In this document: positions 29,272-41,050 of the stretch, in pieces | Numbering within the stretch: position 1 is the first letter of the stretch | Layout of the letters: the number at the start of each line of letters is the position of its first letter | NCBI GenBank assembly: GCA_026023565.1 | Contig: JAPETS010000015.1 | Coordinates: 62,001-126,000 of the forward strand | Direction of reading: 5' to 3' | Length of the DNA: 64,000 bases | Origin: Cirrosporium novae-zelandiae | Lineage: Eukaryota | Notes under the pieces: model-generated | What the model was told of the DNA's origin: nothing | Database searches by the model: none | What the model saw: only the letters and a program-made list of their open reading frames with translations | Translations under genes and position numbers: made by a program

Positions 29272-30767
29272 ATGTCCAACACATCCTTTGACGTTGAGAT
29301 ATGGACGGAATATGGTATTGGCATGTTGATATTTATCTTGCGATTTCTTGCAAGATGGAAAGTCGTGGGCATAAAGAACTTTCAAGCTGACGACTATTTC
29401 GCACTTGCTGGAATGGTATTACCAACTTGATGAAATTCGCTTGATATCTCCAGGATGGCTAATTAATTCTACAGATCATTTGGTCGGTCGACAGTGCTTT
29501 CCTTTATTTGCTGGGTAAGCTTTCTGCCCCGGCTTAAGGCTCTTTTTTTCAACCTTTTCCTTTCGTCCTTCATAATAGCTAACAATATTCCAAACAAGGG
29601 GAATTCGGTACCTTTGTAGGCCTTAATGAGGAGACTGCGGAGGCCCTCGATGAGAAAACAGTTCAAAACTATACTGCTGGTTCGAAAATTCTATTTGCGA
29701 CTTGGTTCACTTACCTATCTGTCATCTGGTGTATGAAAGGGGTGCTTCTGTCACTCTATAGCAGAATTACGTACGTTTATATTTCTTCATTAATTGCAAT
29801 ATCCCTCTCCTGCCATCTCTATGCCGCTAATGGTGGAATCTTCAGCCTCGGTCTCTGGCAGCATCGATTGATCAAGTTCATGGCATGGGCCTGCATTGTG
29901 ACATACACCATCTGTATAATGGTACATTTTCTTCATTGTAGGCCAATTCATAAGAACTGGCAGGTGAAACCCTATGCTGGGGACGCTTGCACTTTGACAA
30001 TCCTCAATTACGTGCTTTTTGCCACCCTAAATATCATGTGAGTCATTATATCCTTCTAACCAGTCACGCAGTCGCCTTTGCTAACAGCATCATTCTTACA
30101 CAGAACCGACATCGGTATTCTAGCAATTCCTCTACCTCTAATATTTCAAGTCAAAATCCCATTTCACCGCAAGCTTATCATTGCGCTGCTCCTATGCAGC
30201 GGTATTTTCGTTATCTGTGCCGCCCTCCTCCGTGCTGTACTTTCTATTCAGGCTATTCACAAGGTAACCATTGCAGCCCTTTGGGCGGCCCGAGAGACCT
30301 TTGTTTCTGCTGTTGCCACCTCTCTTCCTGCAATTAAACCGCTATTTACTCACGCTCGATGGATCAAATCATGGAAATCAAATTCCAACTCCAACACAAA
30401 ATCTCACCCCAAAACATCCAAATTTCCTTGGTCTAAAAGCGGGAATAATACCACAACGATTACTTCCAAGATGGGAAAACCCTACGAGCTGTCAAGTGCA
30501 AACGCAAATTGGTCATCAGCAAAGAAGGCCCCCGATGGATTAGATCACGTGTCAGAAACAGGTAGCGAGGAGTACATCATGCAAAACGTGGATGCTGGAA
30601 TTATAAATCGAACGATTGAAGTTCACGTCACAACCGAAACCGCACGGGATGAGAGCAGATCTGATCTCGGTGGGAGTCCCTCCGTGTCCGACGACACGGA
30701 GGAAGGAAGGGTCGCAGATTCAAAATGGAAACATAACAGGGCTTTTGGTAGTCGCAATATCGTGTAA
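29272..30767 (+). CDS. PTH11-like (fungal rhodopsin-domain) multi-pass membrane protein, no CFEM; about 5 exons
   Basis: MSNTSFDVEIWTEYGIG..LRFLARWK...ADDY, WCMKG..L.LYSRIT, CRPIHKNWQVKP, TDIGILAIPLP...L.CSGIFVI.AA.LR, W.ARETFVS. Canonical introns and a Ser-rich cytosolic tail. Confidence 0.85.
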
Positions 30768-31363
30768 CATGGTCTCCAAGACAACCTATGAAGAGATCGT
30801 CATTCAGGTTTACGTCGCGGAAACAGGAGTTGGCTTTTCCCCTGTGGCGTTTGGCATTTGCTGTAATTCATCTCATATTGATTCCTTCTATTGGAGGATG
30901 ATATGGCTAGAAACGAACAAGAGAAATTAACAAATAATTAATATCCTACGAGCCTAACGCCATTTAATACAACTATCTCAACACCTTTCCTGCCTGCAAG
31001 TGATTTGCCTATGGGATTACTTAAATAGGCATCCGTACTAAGCTATTCCTCATTGGCAATGGTACGTATTCACTGTATTCTACGGGTAATGGAGAAATAA
31101 AGTATCGTTAAGCTTAATGAAAATACAATTAAAATACTGATCCTTCAACAGATAAAAATTTTCTGGGTTCCGGATGTCGAGTCATTGCTTTTTAAAATAT
31201 ACCTTGACAGTGGCCATTACTTCAAAGGAATAACCAGTCTTAGTTTATAACTTTTCCTTGTGGATATCCACTCGAAATTGATTTCACCGATCACCGAAGT
31301 TGATCTTCACTCCCTCAAAAAACCACAGCATCCTTGAACAAGACTATCGATTCCAGCTTCAAA

Positions 31364-32422
31364 ATGCGACTCCTCGGGGGAAACGACCTTTATATATTGC
31401 TAAGAGCATTGACAAGTGAAAACTGTCAACGGCTACTCCATGCCCTTGAGAATGAGTTAGGCATCTACTCTACACCGACCTCCCCGTCTAAAGCCATCAT
31501 CCACCAACCCAGCCGGACAAGCATAACCACCAAACAGCAGCACACAACACTTTTTATGCCTGCTTCTGACACTAGCAGTACAGGAATTAAAATCATTACT
31601 CTTCCGGGCCAAGGTGGTACTGCAGAAGGAGTTATCAATATTTTCGCTTCGGAGGGCAAGATTTTAGGCTTGCTGGCTGCCTCAGAAATAACTGCATTTA
31701 GAACGGCCCTAAATACAATGATTCTCTTCACTCGATCTCCCTTGACGAAAAAACACCTAGTGGTTTTCGGCTCCGGAAAGCAAGCAGAATGGCATATACG
31801 ACTAGCCTTGCAGTTTGGTCCAGTAGAAATCGAAAAGATTACTATTGTTAATCGTGGGCGGCAAAGGCTGGAGAAATTTGAGGATGAAGTCCTCTCTAAA
31901 CTTCGCCAAGTATATCCTAGTGTTGAGTTCCAACTTTTAGCCAAAGAAGGCAGAAGCGCGACAGATTTTGCCTCGAGCCTTCGGTCTGAGCTAGGTACCA
32001 GTAACGCAATTTTTTGCTGTACACCATCCACCGAGCCGCTATTTTCAAATACCTATCTTAAACCTAGGGTTGGGGAAGCCCCCAAGCAGCGCTTCATCTG
32101 CCTTATAGGTTCATACAAGCCTCATATGCAAGAGGTAGATGCAGGTACACTTCTCTCCGGGGATCGAATATGGGTCGATTCGAAGGAGGCATGTCTCATG
32201 GAATCTGGTGAACTTATCCGAGCTAAAGTTCAGGAGGAGCAGCTAAGAGAAATCGGTGAATTATTTTCTGCTGGGGCTGGATCAGGCGTCATCGTAGTTC
32301 CTGATGGACGCAATTTAATTCTTAAATGTGTCGGCATGGGAATCATGGACTTGGTTGTTGGAAGAGTGTTGCTCGAGATTGCGAAAGAGCAGAATATCGG
32401 TATTTCGGTGGACAGTTTCTAA
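31364..32422 (+). CDS. Ornithine cyclodeaminase/mu-crystallin family protein (PrnX-like), intronless
   Basis: TTLFMPAS, GIKIIT, ITAFRTA, VVFGSGKQA (Rossmann), CCTPSTEPLF, IGSYKPHMQEVD, KCVGMGIMD. First ATG at 31,364. Confidence 0.9.
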   Translation: MRLLGGNDLYILLRALTSENCQRLLHALENELGIYSTPTSPSKAIIHQPSRTSITTKQQHTTLFMPASDTSSTGIKIITLPGQGGTAEGVINIFASEGKILGLLAASEITAFRTALNTMILFTRSPLTKKHLVVFGSGKQAEWHIRLALQFGPVEIEKITIVNRGRQRLEKFEDEVLSKLRQVYPSVEFQLLAKEGRSATDFASSLRSELGTSNAIFCCTPSTEPLFSNTYLKPRVGEAPKQRFICLIGSYKPHMQEVDAGTLLSGDRIWVDSKEACLMESGELIRAKVQEEQLREIGELFSAGAGSGVIVVPDGRNLILKCVGMGIMDLVVGRVLLEIAKEQNIGISVDSF

Positions 32423-32592
32423 TTCGACAAGTGCTTAAGCCCTGCATTAAAGAGGCGACAATACACAATTCTCTTGCTGCCGCCTCTTGACATCCATCGA
32501 GTTTCGAAACCTTTTGCAGGAACAACAAGGTGTGCCTTGATACGAGTAGATCTTCTGAACTGTAAAGCGTCTAGTTTTAACTCGAGTCTAGG

Positions 32593-32675
32593 CTATCGGA
32601 TGCCATAAATACCTGGTTGGGTTCGATTCCCAAAAGCATCAGTGATTGGTCACACTGGTATCGGGTGTTCTTCTC
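32593..32675. repeat. Degenerate ~80 bp direct repeat, copy 1 (upstream of SDR)
   Basis: CT(A/G)TCGGATGCCATAAATA...AGTGATTGGTCACACT(G/A)GTATC..GTGTTCT shared with 34,322-34,401. Confidence 0.8.
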
Positions 32676-32944
32676 AGGTACCATAATGGTCCCTAAATAG
32701 TTTATAAGAGGTAAGTTCGTCAAGAGTAACCCTTTGCACGTTAGCTACAACAGGTTAGTGTCCAATGAACCTGAAAAATGGAATTAGTACCATTGTGCCG
32801 GCGTTAAGAGGTTATATCAGTTATATCCGAACCAACCCTATTTTTTACTTAAACATATATAGCAGCCCTATGCTTTCTCAAAGCAGCCACCGATCCAGTT
32901 GATATCGAATATCAGGCTGTTTTCTTCTATCTGACAGCAGAACA

Positions 32945-34150
32945 ATGGCTTCTGATAACCTCGGTCAGGAAACGACTGCAACAGAAATCGCCAGAATCTT
33001 CTCGGATAGAATTAGAGGGAAAACCAGTGAATCACTACTTAGAATGCCCCATTACCTTCTTTCGCTCAGAAGCTAACCATCTCTAGTTCTTGTAACAGGT
33101 GTTAGTCCAAACAGCCTCGGAGCAGAGACAGTTCGCTCGATTGCGTCACAAAATCCAAAGCTACTCATTATGGCCTCGAGGACAAAAGAGAAGCTTGAGT
33201 CTGTTAGTATAAAGATCAAGGAGGAATTTCCGGATGCTGAGATTCAAAGCGTGCTTTTGGACCTTTCTTCTCAAAAGTCAGTTCGACGTGCTGCAGACGA
33301 AATCAATGTGTTGGTTGATCACCTTGATATATTAATCAACAATGCTGGGATGGCATCAGATTCACAAGAGCGTTCTCTTTCATCCGAAGGTATTGAAATG
33401 CACCTTGCAACAAACCACATCGGCCACTTCCTCCTAACAAACTTGCTTTTCGAAAAATTGCAAGCCGCCGCGGGACGGGATGCTTCTGGATCTGTGCGCG
33501 TTATAAACTTATCCAGCAATGCATACAGGTACTCGCCAGTGCGTTTTGCCGATTATAACTTTAACGGGAAGCAAATACCCCCTGAGGAAGAGCCCCTCCC
33601 ACCAGCTTTCAATTTTGTTCCTAGGAGCCCTGGCAGCACTTACCATAGCATGGTTGCTTATGGGCAGTCTAAGTCCGCCAATATATTATTCTCCGTCTAT
33701 TTGATGGAGCATCTGGGGAAGCAAGGCATCCTAAGCTTTTGCGTTCACCCAGGAAGTATGCTTTTGGTTATACATATCAGGGGTATTAAGGCTAATTGAA
33801 TTATGCAGCTATTGAAAGTGGCTTTTTACGAGGGCTTACCCAGGAAAGCATTGAAAACCTGAAGAAAATGAAGGGAGTTTTCTGGAAAACCCCAGACCAG
33901 GGGGCTGCGACGACTTTGATGGCAGCATTGGATCCAAAACTATATAGTGAGTCTGTTTTCCGTACTCATGGATGGGATATAGACAGGAGCTGAACTGATT
34001 CTTTTATCGCAAACAGAAAGTTCTGCAATTTTCATGCGCGATTGCCAATCTTCAGAATCAGCTCCTTATGCAGAGGATAAGAAATTGGCCGATAAACTGT
34101 GGAAACTCAGCGAAGAACTGGTAGGGCAAAGGTTTCCTATATCAATTTAG
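32945..34150 (+). CDS. Short-chain dehydrogenase/reductase (retinol dehydrogenase/WWOX-like), 4 exons
   Basis: LVTGVSPNSLG, DLSSQKSVR, LINNAG, TNHIGHFLLT, catalytic YGQSK, VHPG, QGAATT, LWKLSEELVG; stop TAG at 34,148-34,150. Confidence 0.92.
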
Positions 34151-34321
34151 TGAAGATAGGTTACAGGTATTTTCATGCCATAATCCTAACTTGATGAAAA
34201 ATTCATTCCACCTAATTACTATAGGCTGTGGAGAATTCCTTTCTAGTGGGAAGACATGGAAGGCGAGGTGCTACAACAGGTGTCCGTAGACTTCTGTCCA
34301 AAATAGGTCTTGTTACTTTCC

Positions 34322-34401
34322 CTGTCGGATGCCATAAATATCAGGTCTGGTTCCATTCCAGAGCGCTAGTGATTGGTCACACTAGTATCAGTGTTCTGCT
34401 C
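34322..34401. repeat. Degenerate ~80 bp direct repeat, copy 2 (downstream of SDR)
   Basis: Aligns with 32,593-32,675. Confidence 0.8.
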
Positions 34402-35105
34402 CTAGAATTTACAAAGGAGAGTTTGAGGACATTATAGTATTAACTAGAGTTTAGGTGGGAAAATAGTATGATATGAATACCGAAGTCATCGTGAGACGGA
34501 GTTGATAATTACTCATTACGATCAGGGCATTGAATGACAAGGGTCATTTTTTTCCAACCACAGTTGTTATTTTCCTTTTCAGATATTCAGGACTGTCTGT
34601 CTATTTTTGGTGATGGCACCTAGCAAGCGATTGAGCAACGGGATGCATCTTCTATTGGGCCTTAAATGTTGGCTGGGGTATGTGAACTGTTCAGTATTAT
34701 CTTGAAAATTGGGGATTTACACACATTGGAGAATATAATTTTGATCGTTTGGTTTATTCACTTTCCCACCGTCGTTCATATCTTATCCGTCCCGTCAAAA
34801 CCCCAGGCGGGGAATAGCAAAATTAACTGCAATGCTGTTAAGAATAACGGAGGTTTCCTTGCGCTACCTGTGAATCTTAGTCTGTCAAACGGCATAGAAA
34901 CAGGCTTATTGTTGTTGTCCTTGTTGATTTTAGAACTTGTTTCTATGGTCATCGACTCACCTTTTTAAGCATATCGCAATGCCTCATGACCAAGCTAAAC
35001 GCATCTATCAATCGCGCCTCTTATATACAGTACAATCCGACAAGCACTTCTTAGTAGCAAGAATTTCAACGTCAAAATCTAAACTCAAGTCCAAAGAGCA
35101 AGAAA

Positions 35106-35702
35106 ATGGGAAATACAGAAAGCCATCCCTCTTATAATCCTCATCGCCACCATCATCGACATCTAGACTCACACGGTTACCCCATCTCTTCTACTGCAGC
35201 TCGGGTCGCAGCATGGCGACAACCTGGGCGTTGGCCATCGGGTTTCGGACTTGTAGGAGGCCCACCTTCTTACCAGATGGCAGTTTTCACCAATGCAATC
35301 AGGAATGGGGCTGGTATGGGCCAGTGGGGTGGGCAAACGTCACCTAGACCTTTATTAGCCCAGATTCCTGGGCCTTCTCCTCCTCCAGGCTTGGCCTTAA
35401 ATGAGCATAGGCACCAACAGCTAGTAGAACACATGGGATCAGTGCTACAGGGACGCCAGAGGGCCTCGAGAGAAGGAAGACAGCAAAGGTCGTTTGGAGA
35501 CTATAGGAGAGAGCATCAGAATAGAGGAGGGCAGTGGGATCCGGGTCGGCTTCCGCATCTTGGCGAGGGAGCTAGAAGACTTCTGGAGAGATCGCGACTT
35601 GATTCTGCATCTCGCAACCAAAGCAGGACAGGAAGCCATCGAAGCCACGATATACCAAGTGTAGCTGGGAGCCATCGATCGGGTAGGAGAACGGGGCATT
35701 AA
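35106..35702 (+). CDS. 198-aa Arg/Gly/His-rich, probably disordered protein with MGxxxS N-terminus
   Basis: Uninterrupted ORF with AAAATGG start context and higher GC than its flanks. N-terminus MGNTES. No recognised domain. Confidence 0.65.
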   Translation: MGNTESHPSYNPHRHHHRHLDSHGYPISSTAARVAAWRQPGRWPSGFGLVGGPPSYQMAVFTNAIRNGAGMGQWGGQTSPRPLLAQIPGPSPPPGLALNEHRHQQLVEHMGSVLQGRQRASREGRQQRSFGDYRREHQNRGGQWDPGRLPHLGEGARRLLERSRLDSASRNQSRTGSHRSHDIPSVAGSHRSGRRTGH

Positions 35703-36108
35703 GGTGATGGGAAGGGATGTTGGTTGGAGTCCTCACTTATTAAAGATTCAGCAAGCACTGTATATTATATACCCTGTTTGTTTTATATGCGTATTGTACT
35801 GTACATGCATATAATTATGAAATGTCTATCCAAACTATGACTATCGATATGAAAGCGGCCGCCACCTCCGTAAACTCCATGACACGTGCCTGTGGCTCTG
35901 GGGCTTGTGCATTTAAATGTTTTTTGGTCAGCGGCCCCCATCGGCCGCTAGCAATAAAGTTTGATGATCTTCCAGTCCCCCAGTGCTTTCTGAGCTCTAA
36001 AGTATGTCCAGAGCTTCCAAAGCTCTTAATGTCCTCTCCAATTGCAAAAAATTTACATTACTATTATATTCTCAAATCGCCATCTAACTATACCTATTCT
36101 AGGAAATC

Positions 36109-36408
36109 ATAAAACATAGTCGTGAGTTAGATATACCGTAAGCAGCATAATTGATCGAAGGAATTTCAAATTTCCCAAGGAGATAAGGCCTTTTCTCCTT
36201 GGATTGAAATGCTTAATTCCGATATATCCAGTGCTGCCAGTGATGAATGAGCACAATAAAACATAGTCGTGAGTTAGATATACCGTAAACAGCATAATTG
36301 ATCGAAGGAATTACAAATCTCCCAAGGAGATAAGGCCTTTTCTCCTTGGATTGAAATGCTTAATTCCGATATATCCAGTGCTGCCAGTGATGAATGATGA
36401 ACACAATA
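36109..36408. repeat. Tandem duplication, 147 bp period, 2 copies
   Basis: AAAACATAGTCGTGAG at 36,111 and 36,258. About three substitutions in the first 140 bp and a small indel at the end. Confidence 0.95.
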
Positions 36409-36658
36409 ATCCAAATCCTCTTCTGCCCCTCTTCTGCCCGTATGAACATCGTTGTGTACCTTGTTATGAGGTTACCATTCATCCATGTCATAATTCCTTC
36501 CTGTTAAACGTGAGGTATATAAAGTAGAGCTGTGCGCCTCTCTTGCTCCACGACCAACTGTCTCCTTACAGATCATCAGGCCAGTCAGCGATTACTAGGC
36601 TGCGATTTCAATAGTCTCCTTATTAAAAAGATTCATTCTAGCCTCCCCAACGTTAAAT

Positions 36659-37929
36659 ATGGAAGTCAAAGAAATGCCCGCGTCCCTCAAGACGTCGCTT
36701 GAGAACTCAAAAGCAGCGTATCGCCAACTTGGAAAGAGTGGTCTCCGGGTTTCAGTACCCATTTTGGGTGCCATGAGCTTTGGACATAAGGATTGGATGC
36801 CATGGGTTATTGAGGAGGATGAAGCGCTCCCATTGCTTAAAGCTGCCTATGACCGAGGACTTAACACGGTAGGTTTGCCTCTGCCTCGCCATTATCGTGG
36901 AAATATATTCTGATGACGCACCTGTCTAGTGGGACACAGCAAACATCTACTCCAACGGTTACTCCGAGAAGATCATTGCCAAGGCTATCAATAAATATGA
37001 GATTCCACGACATAAATTGGTAGTCCTAACCAAATGCTGGGGAATTACTGCCGAAGAACCAAGTATTATTCACGTGCGATGGTCTGATGCTCTCAAAAAA
37101 AGCAAAGATTATGTAAATCAGTATGGTTAGTTAAAATTGAAATTATACAATTCCCGGCTACGCAAGATTAACTGTTGGGTAAAGGTCTCTCAAGGCAAGC
37201 TATCTTTAATGCTGTCAACGCATCCCTCGAACGTCTTCAAACCGATTATATCGACCTCCTCCAAATTCACCGGTTTGACCCCACCGTCCCTATTGAAGAA
37301 ACCATGGAGGCTTTGCATGACCTAGTTAAGAGCGGGAAGGTCCGTTACATCGGTGCGAGCTCAATGTGGGCAACACAGTTTGCAATGATGCAATTCGTAG
37401 CCGAGAAGAATGGCTGGACAAAATTCATCTCCATGCAAAACCATTACAGCTTGCTGTATAGAGAGGAGGAACGGGAGATGAATAGATTCTGCAACGAGAC
37501 TGGCGTAGGCCTGATTCCTGTATATTTCAATACCCCGGAATTACCATATGTTTTACGCACATTGGTACTAATTTTGTTCTCTAGTGGGCCCCTCTCGCAC
37601 GCGGTGACCTCGCTCGCCCACCGTCCGAGTTTGGCGAAACCGTCCGTTCGGCCCAAATGAGTCGTTTGAAGTATTTCACAGTTGGCCGCGAGGAAGTTGA
37701 CCAGCAGATCATCCGTCGTGTGCAAGAGCTTGCGGAAAAGCATAACTGGCCTATGTCCCATATTTCATTGGCGTGGATCAACAAGCGTGTGTCATCTCCA
37801 ATTGTTGGATTTAGCAAAATTGAAAGGATGGATGAGGCGTTGGCAGCAGGCGGGAAGGAATTGACGGAGGATGAAGAAAAGTACCTTGAAGAGTTGTACA
37901 TTCCTAAAGTTATCAGTGGGCATTCATAG
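36659..37929 (+). CDS. Aldo-keto reductase (aryl-alcohol dehydrogenase/YajO-like), 4 exons
   Basis: [74 protein letters not shown]; stop at 37,929. Confidence 0.95.
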
Positions 37930-39178
37930 GGTAGCATCGGATGATAGGGATGATTACCACCATGTTAGCCCGTAGTTTGGTAGGATGGCTGCCGAAAGGG
38001 CATTCAGAAACCGAAAATAAACACTATTAGTGATGATTTTGCTCGGTTAGACTGAGTGTATAACTGATGACTGCAATCCATCTGATATGAATTATTCGTA
38101 TATGTTGAACTTCTTCCTTCCATGTGTTGACCCAGGCTGTTAGGGGGAAAAGGTTCACCATAGGTTTATGGTAAGTTGTAACATATCAGATGGTTATAAT
38201 GTTGATATGAGGGATCAGTTGGGGATGGTCGGCAAACATCCTATAAAAATGATAAATGAATTAAATGAACCATAGATATAGAAATAATAATTACAAGTAG
38301 TACTTATCCAGTGAGGGAGTTGATGAGACGAAGTTCAAGTGCAACGGTCTCGCATGTCGGCACAGCTTTCCCCAGATTCCGAGTGCGGGGTAAAAGGGTG
38401 GACCAAACCTAAATAGGTAGTCGGGATTCGCCATTGGCCGGGGGTGCCGACGGAGAAAGGTAGGGGTGTGAACAGGGGTGTGGGTAAAATGTGGGCAGGA
38501 TGTGGGCAGGTCTGGAGGCAGGTGCCACTTGTGCCACTCGTGTATCTCGGATCCATTGGGTCAATTGGACCAATTCATGTATCCAACTCTGGGCATCTCG
38601 GGCAACTCTGGGCGAATTACGCAGGTCACTGGACTTTAGTGTGGTGTGACTAGAGGTCGTGCGTTTCCTTTGTTAGAGTGAAGCTTTCATGCCATTCCCT
38701 TGTTGAGGAGGAGTTATGATCAGCTATGCCCAGCTATACCCAGCTATTCCCTCTGCTCTGAGTAATATCCCTCATTGCTTGAGGAGAAGGGATCCGTGGG
38801 ACCCGTGGGACCCCCGCTTCCGAAATAGCCTTCTTGTCTTGTACTCCTTGTTTGCTTATCCCAACTACTTTCTAGCCTAATTGTCAATTGATGATGAGCA
38901 AGTCACCCGTCACGAGATGAGACGTCTCCCCTTCCTCAAATACCAACCGACCGTACCTGATCTACCTCTGATCTTGCATCTCTCACAGTAGACAGACAAA
39001 TCAATATTCCATCGGCTATTCATCCTCTTTAGTATCACACCTTCTTCGTCAAGTCTCTTCATCTCACTTCAAGCATAAGTGAGAAGTTACCATTAAACAG
39101 TTCTTCCGTCCACGTCCATTTCAACTCGACCTTGGCTTCATCCTCCTTGCTAGTAGGATAGCGAAATATCATCACATC

Positions 39179-40089
39179 ATGGCGACAGCAACATCAGAAT
39201 CCACCGCAGCAGATCTCACCAAGGTCGACTCAGCCGTCGCCGGTCTGTCCATCTCCCCCCCAAAAGACAGTACCAAGGGCAGCAAGAAAACCAAGGCACA
39301 AAAGGAGCACAAGGAGCCTCCTAAGAAGGAACGGAAAACTAGTACAGACATTGGAGTCTGGAATATCAATGACTTAGGCAAGTTGAGCAAATCATCCCTT
39401 GACCTGCATGACTGTTGGTTATTTAGACATGGGTTAATGCTAACGTGTCAAATAGAAAAGGAAGGGAAAGAGCTACTAATAGCAAAAGAAACACAAAAAC
39501 TGAACTGGTATGTTATCCGAGCAAATTAGAATGATACACCTTCAACCCTACCATAGTCTCATCATCTTCCTTGATACATCTTGATATTCATTCGTCATCC
39601 TTTCTGTCATCCATTACATATCTTCCAGCTCACTAATCTTTTCTCCTAACAGGAAGCTCAACACATCGCCTGCATCATTAGATGAAAAAGATACATTGAA
39701 AAAGTGTCTCACGACACCACCCGTCAAAAAAATTGACCTTCACTTCCCGCTAGGCCTCGAAGTCACCGCACGGAATCTCAAGGGTGTAACGATAAAGGAT
39801 GCGCTAGATGCCATCTACAAGCAATTCAAGAAGAAGGTACGCCATGATTATCAGAAGCATATTTGTTGTTTTGTCATTGATGTTCAACACCTTGATTTGA
39901 CTTAACTTGAGCCTCACTGACAAAATCTCTCACGATATTTAGGCCGATGACGAACTCGAGAACCCCATCCTTGCTGGATTCGAATGGGATAAAGAAGAGT
40001 CGTGGACAAGGCTGGTCGTACATCAAAAGAAAGAGGGTGCTCCCGTCAGCTCTAAAAAATCTAAGAAAAACAAAGGCGGCGATGAATAG
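39179..40089 (+). CDS. Small Lys-rich protein of unknown function, 4 exons
   Basis: Splices cleanly to ...GVWNINDLEKEGKELLIAKETQKLNWKLNTSP...KKIDLHFPLGLEVTARNLKGVTIKDALDAI...LAGFEWDKEESWTRLVVHQKKEG...GGDE*. Long CT-rich leader. Looks like a conserved fungal hypothetical protein (from memory, not searched). Confidence 0.85.
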
Positions 40090-40689
40090 AGTTCATCTCA
40101 AGCTCTACTTAATGCGTCCCCTCTCAACTGACCCAACTCGACTGAGAGTCTCGGCGCTTGCTTGCACTTGCCCTTCATTCATGTACTCTATGCATAATTA
40201 TGACTTTTTGAGATGGTGATGGTGATGGAAACGAACATTTTTCAAACTCCTCTTTCCTTATCCAAGTCCTTATCGAGCGATCAGAAACGGCGGAATACAA
40301 CACTAGAATGGGAACGATCCGGTCAGATGATGCTGCGGAACCATTTGCTAGGTTAGCAAGGATAGATCAGTAGACTAGGTAACTTTGGAGCCCAATGAGT
40401 GCTGCTTTGAAGCTTGAAATTTAAATTATATCAAGACGAGAGAGAATCAATTTTTTTTCCTGTTAGTGTTGCTTTAATTACGGTAGACGAGACTACCTCA
40501 AAACTAATCACATGCTAGTGTAAGGATTGCTACTGTGGTAGTTATGCAGGAAAGAACCTCACAAGAGTTCTGCGGATTATAATTAATTATCCCGTATTTT
40601 CGATCCTATTCCGCACAAGTTACAATCTAGTTAGAGATCACGTCTGTCCTATCGATAGTGTCCAGTTTTATGACCTAGAGTTCAGTGTT

Positions 40690-41050
40690 CTACTTCAATA
40701 GCACCAGCGCCATGTCAACCCCCGCGACGACCGGCACAACAACCGTCCTAATAGAATCCATATATCTTCTCCCCAATTGACCAACACGTCTTCCATATCG
40801 TCAAGTCTATCATCTACTACAAAAGGAGGGATTGAAGCAGGCGTCGCTACTGCTTGTATTCACATTCTACTAAGACCTGTTCTTCTTTTTCCAACAAAGT
40901 TCTCGGGCACGCAATGTACTTGTGGAGAGCATCACCCCCTCGACTAGCGAGAAACACGAACTTCCTATAACTAAAGTGCACAAACCACAACCAATACAAG
41001 AGTTAGATTCTGCCTGGGGGTACACCGAAGTCAAATACAGGTTTTATTTA
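40690..41050 (+). pseudogene. Relic of a Ser/Thr-rich single-pass membrane protein (Mid2/Wsc-like architecture)
   Basis: From 40,801 reads SSLSSTTKGGIEAGVATACIHILL, resembling the GLSxGAKAGIGAGV juxtamembrane/TM motif. Later reads EKHELP...IQELDS. Reading frames are broken. Confidence 0.45.

Noticed and set aside
32590..32640. Functional tRNA gene
   Set aside because: Only a T-loop/B-box-like motif is present; I could not fold an acceptor stem or D-arm.
38330..38830. GC-rich short repeats (CAGCTAT.CC x3, GGGA.CCGT) and small ORFs
   Set aside because: Low-complexity upstream sequence with no coding signal and no regular repeat-spacer structure; not a CRISPR array.
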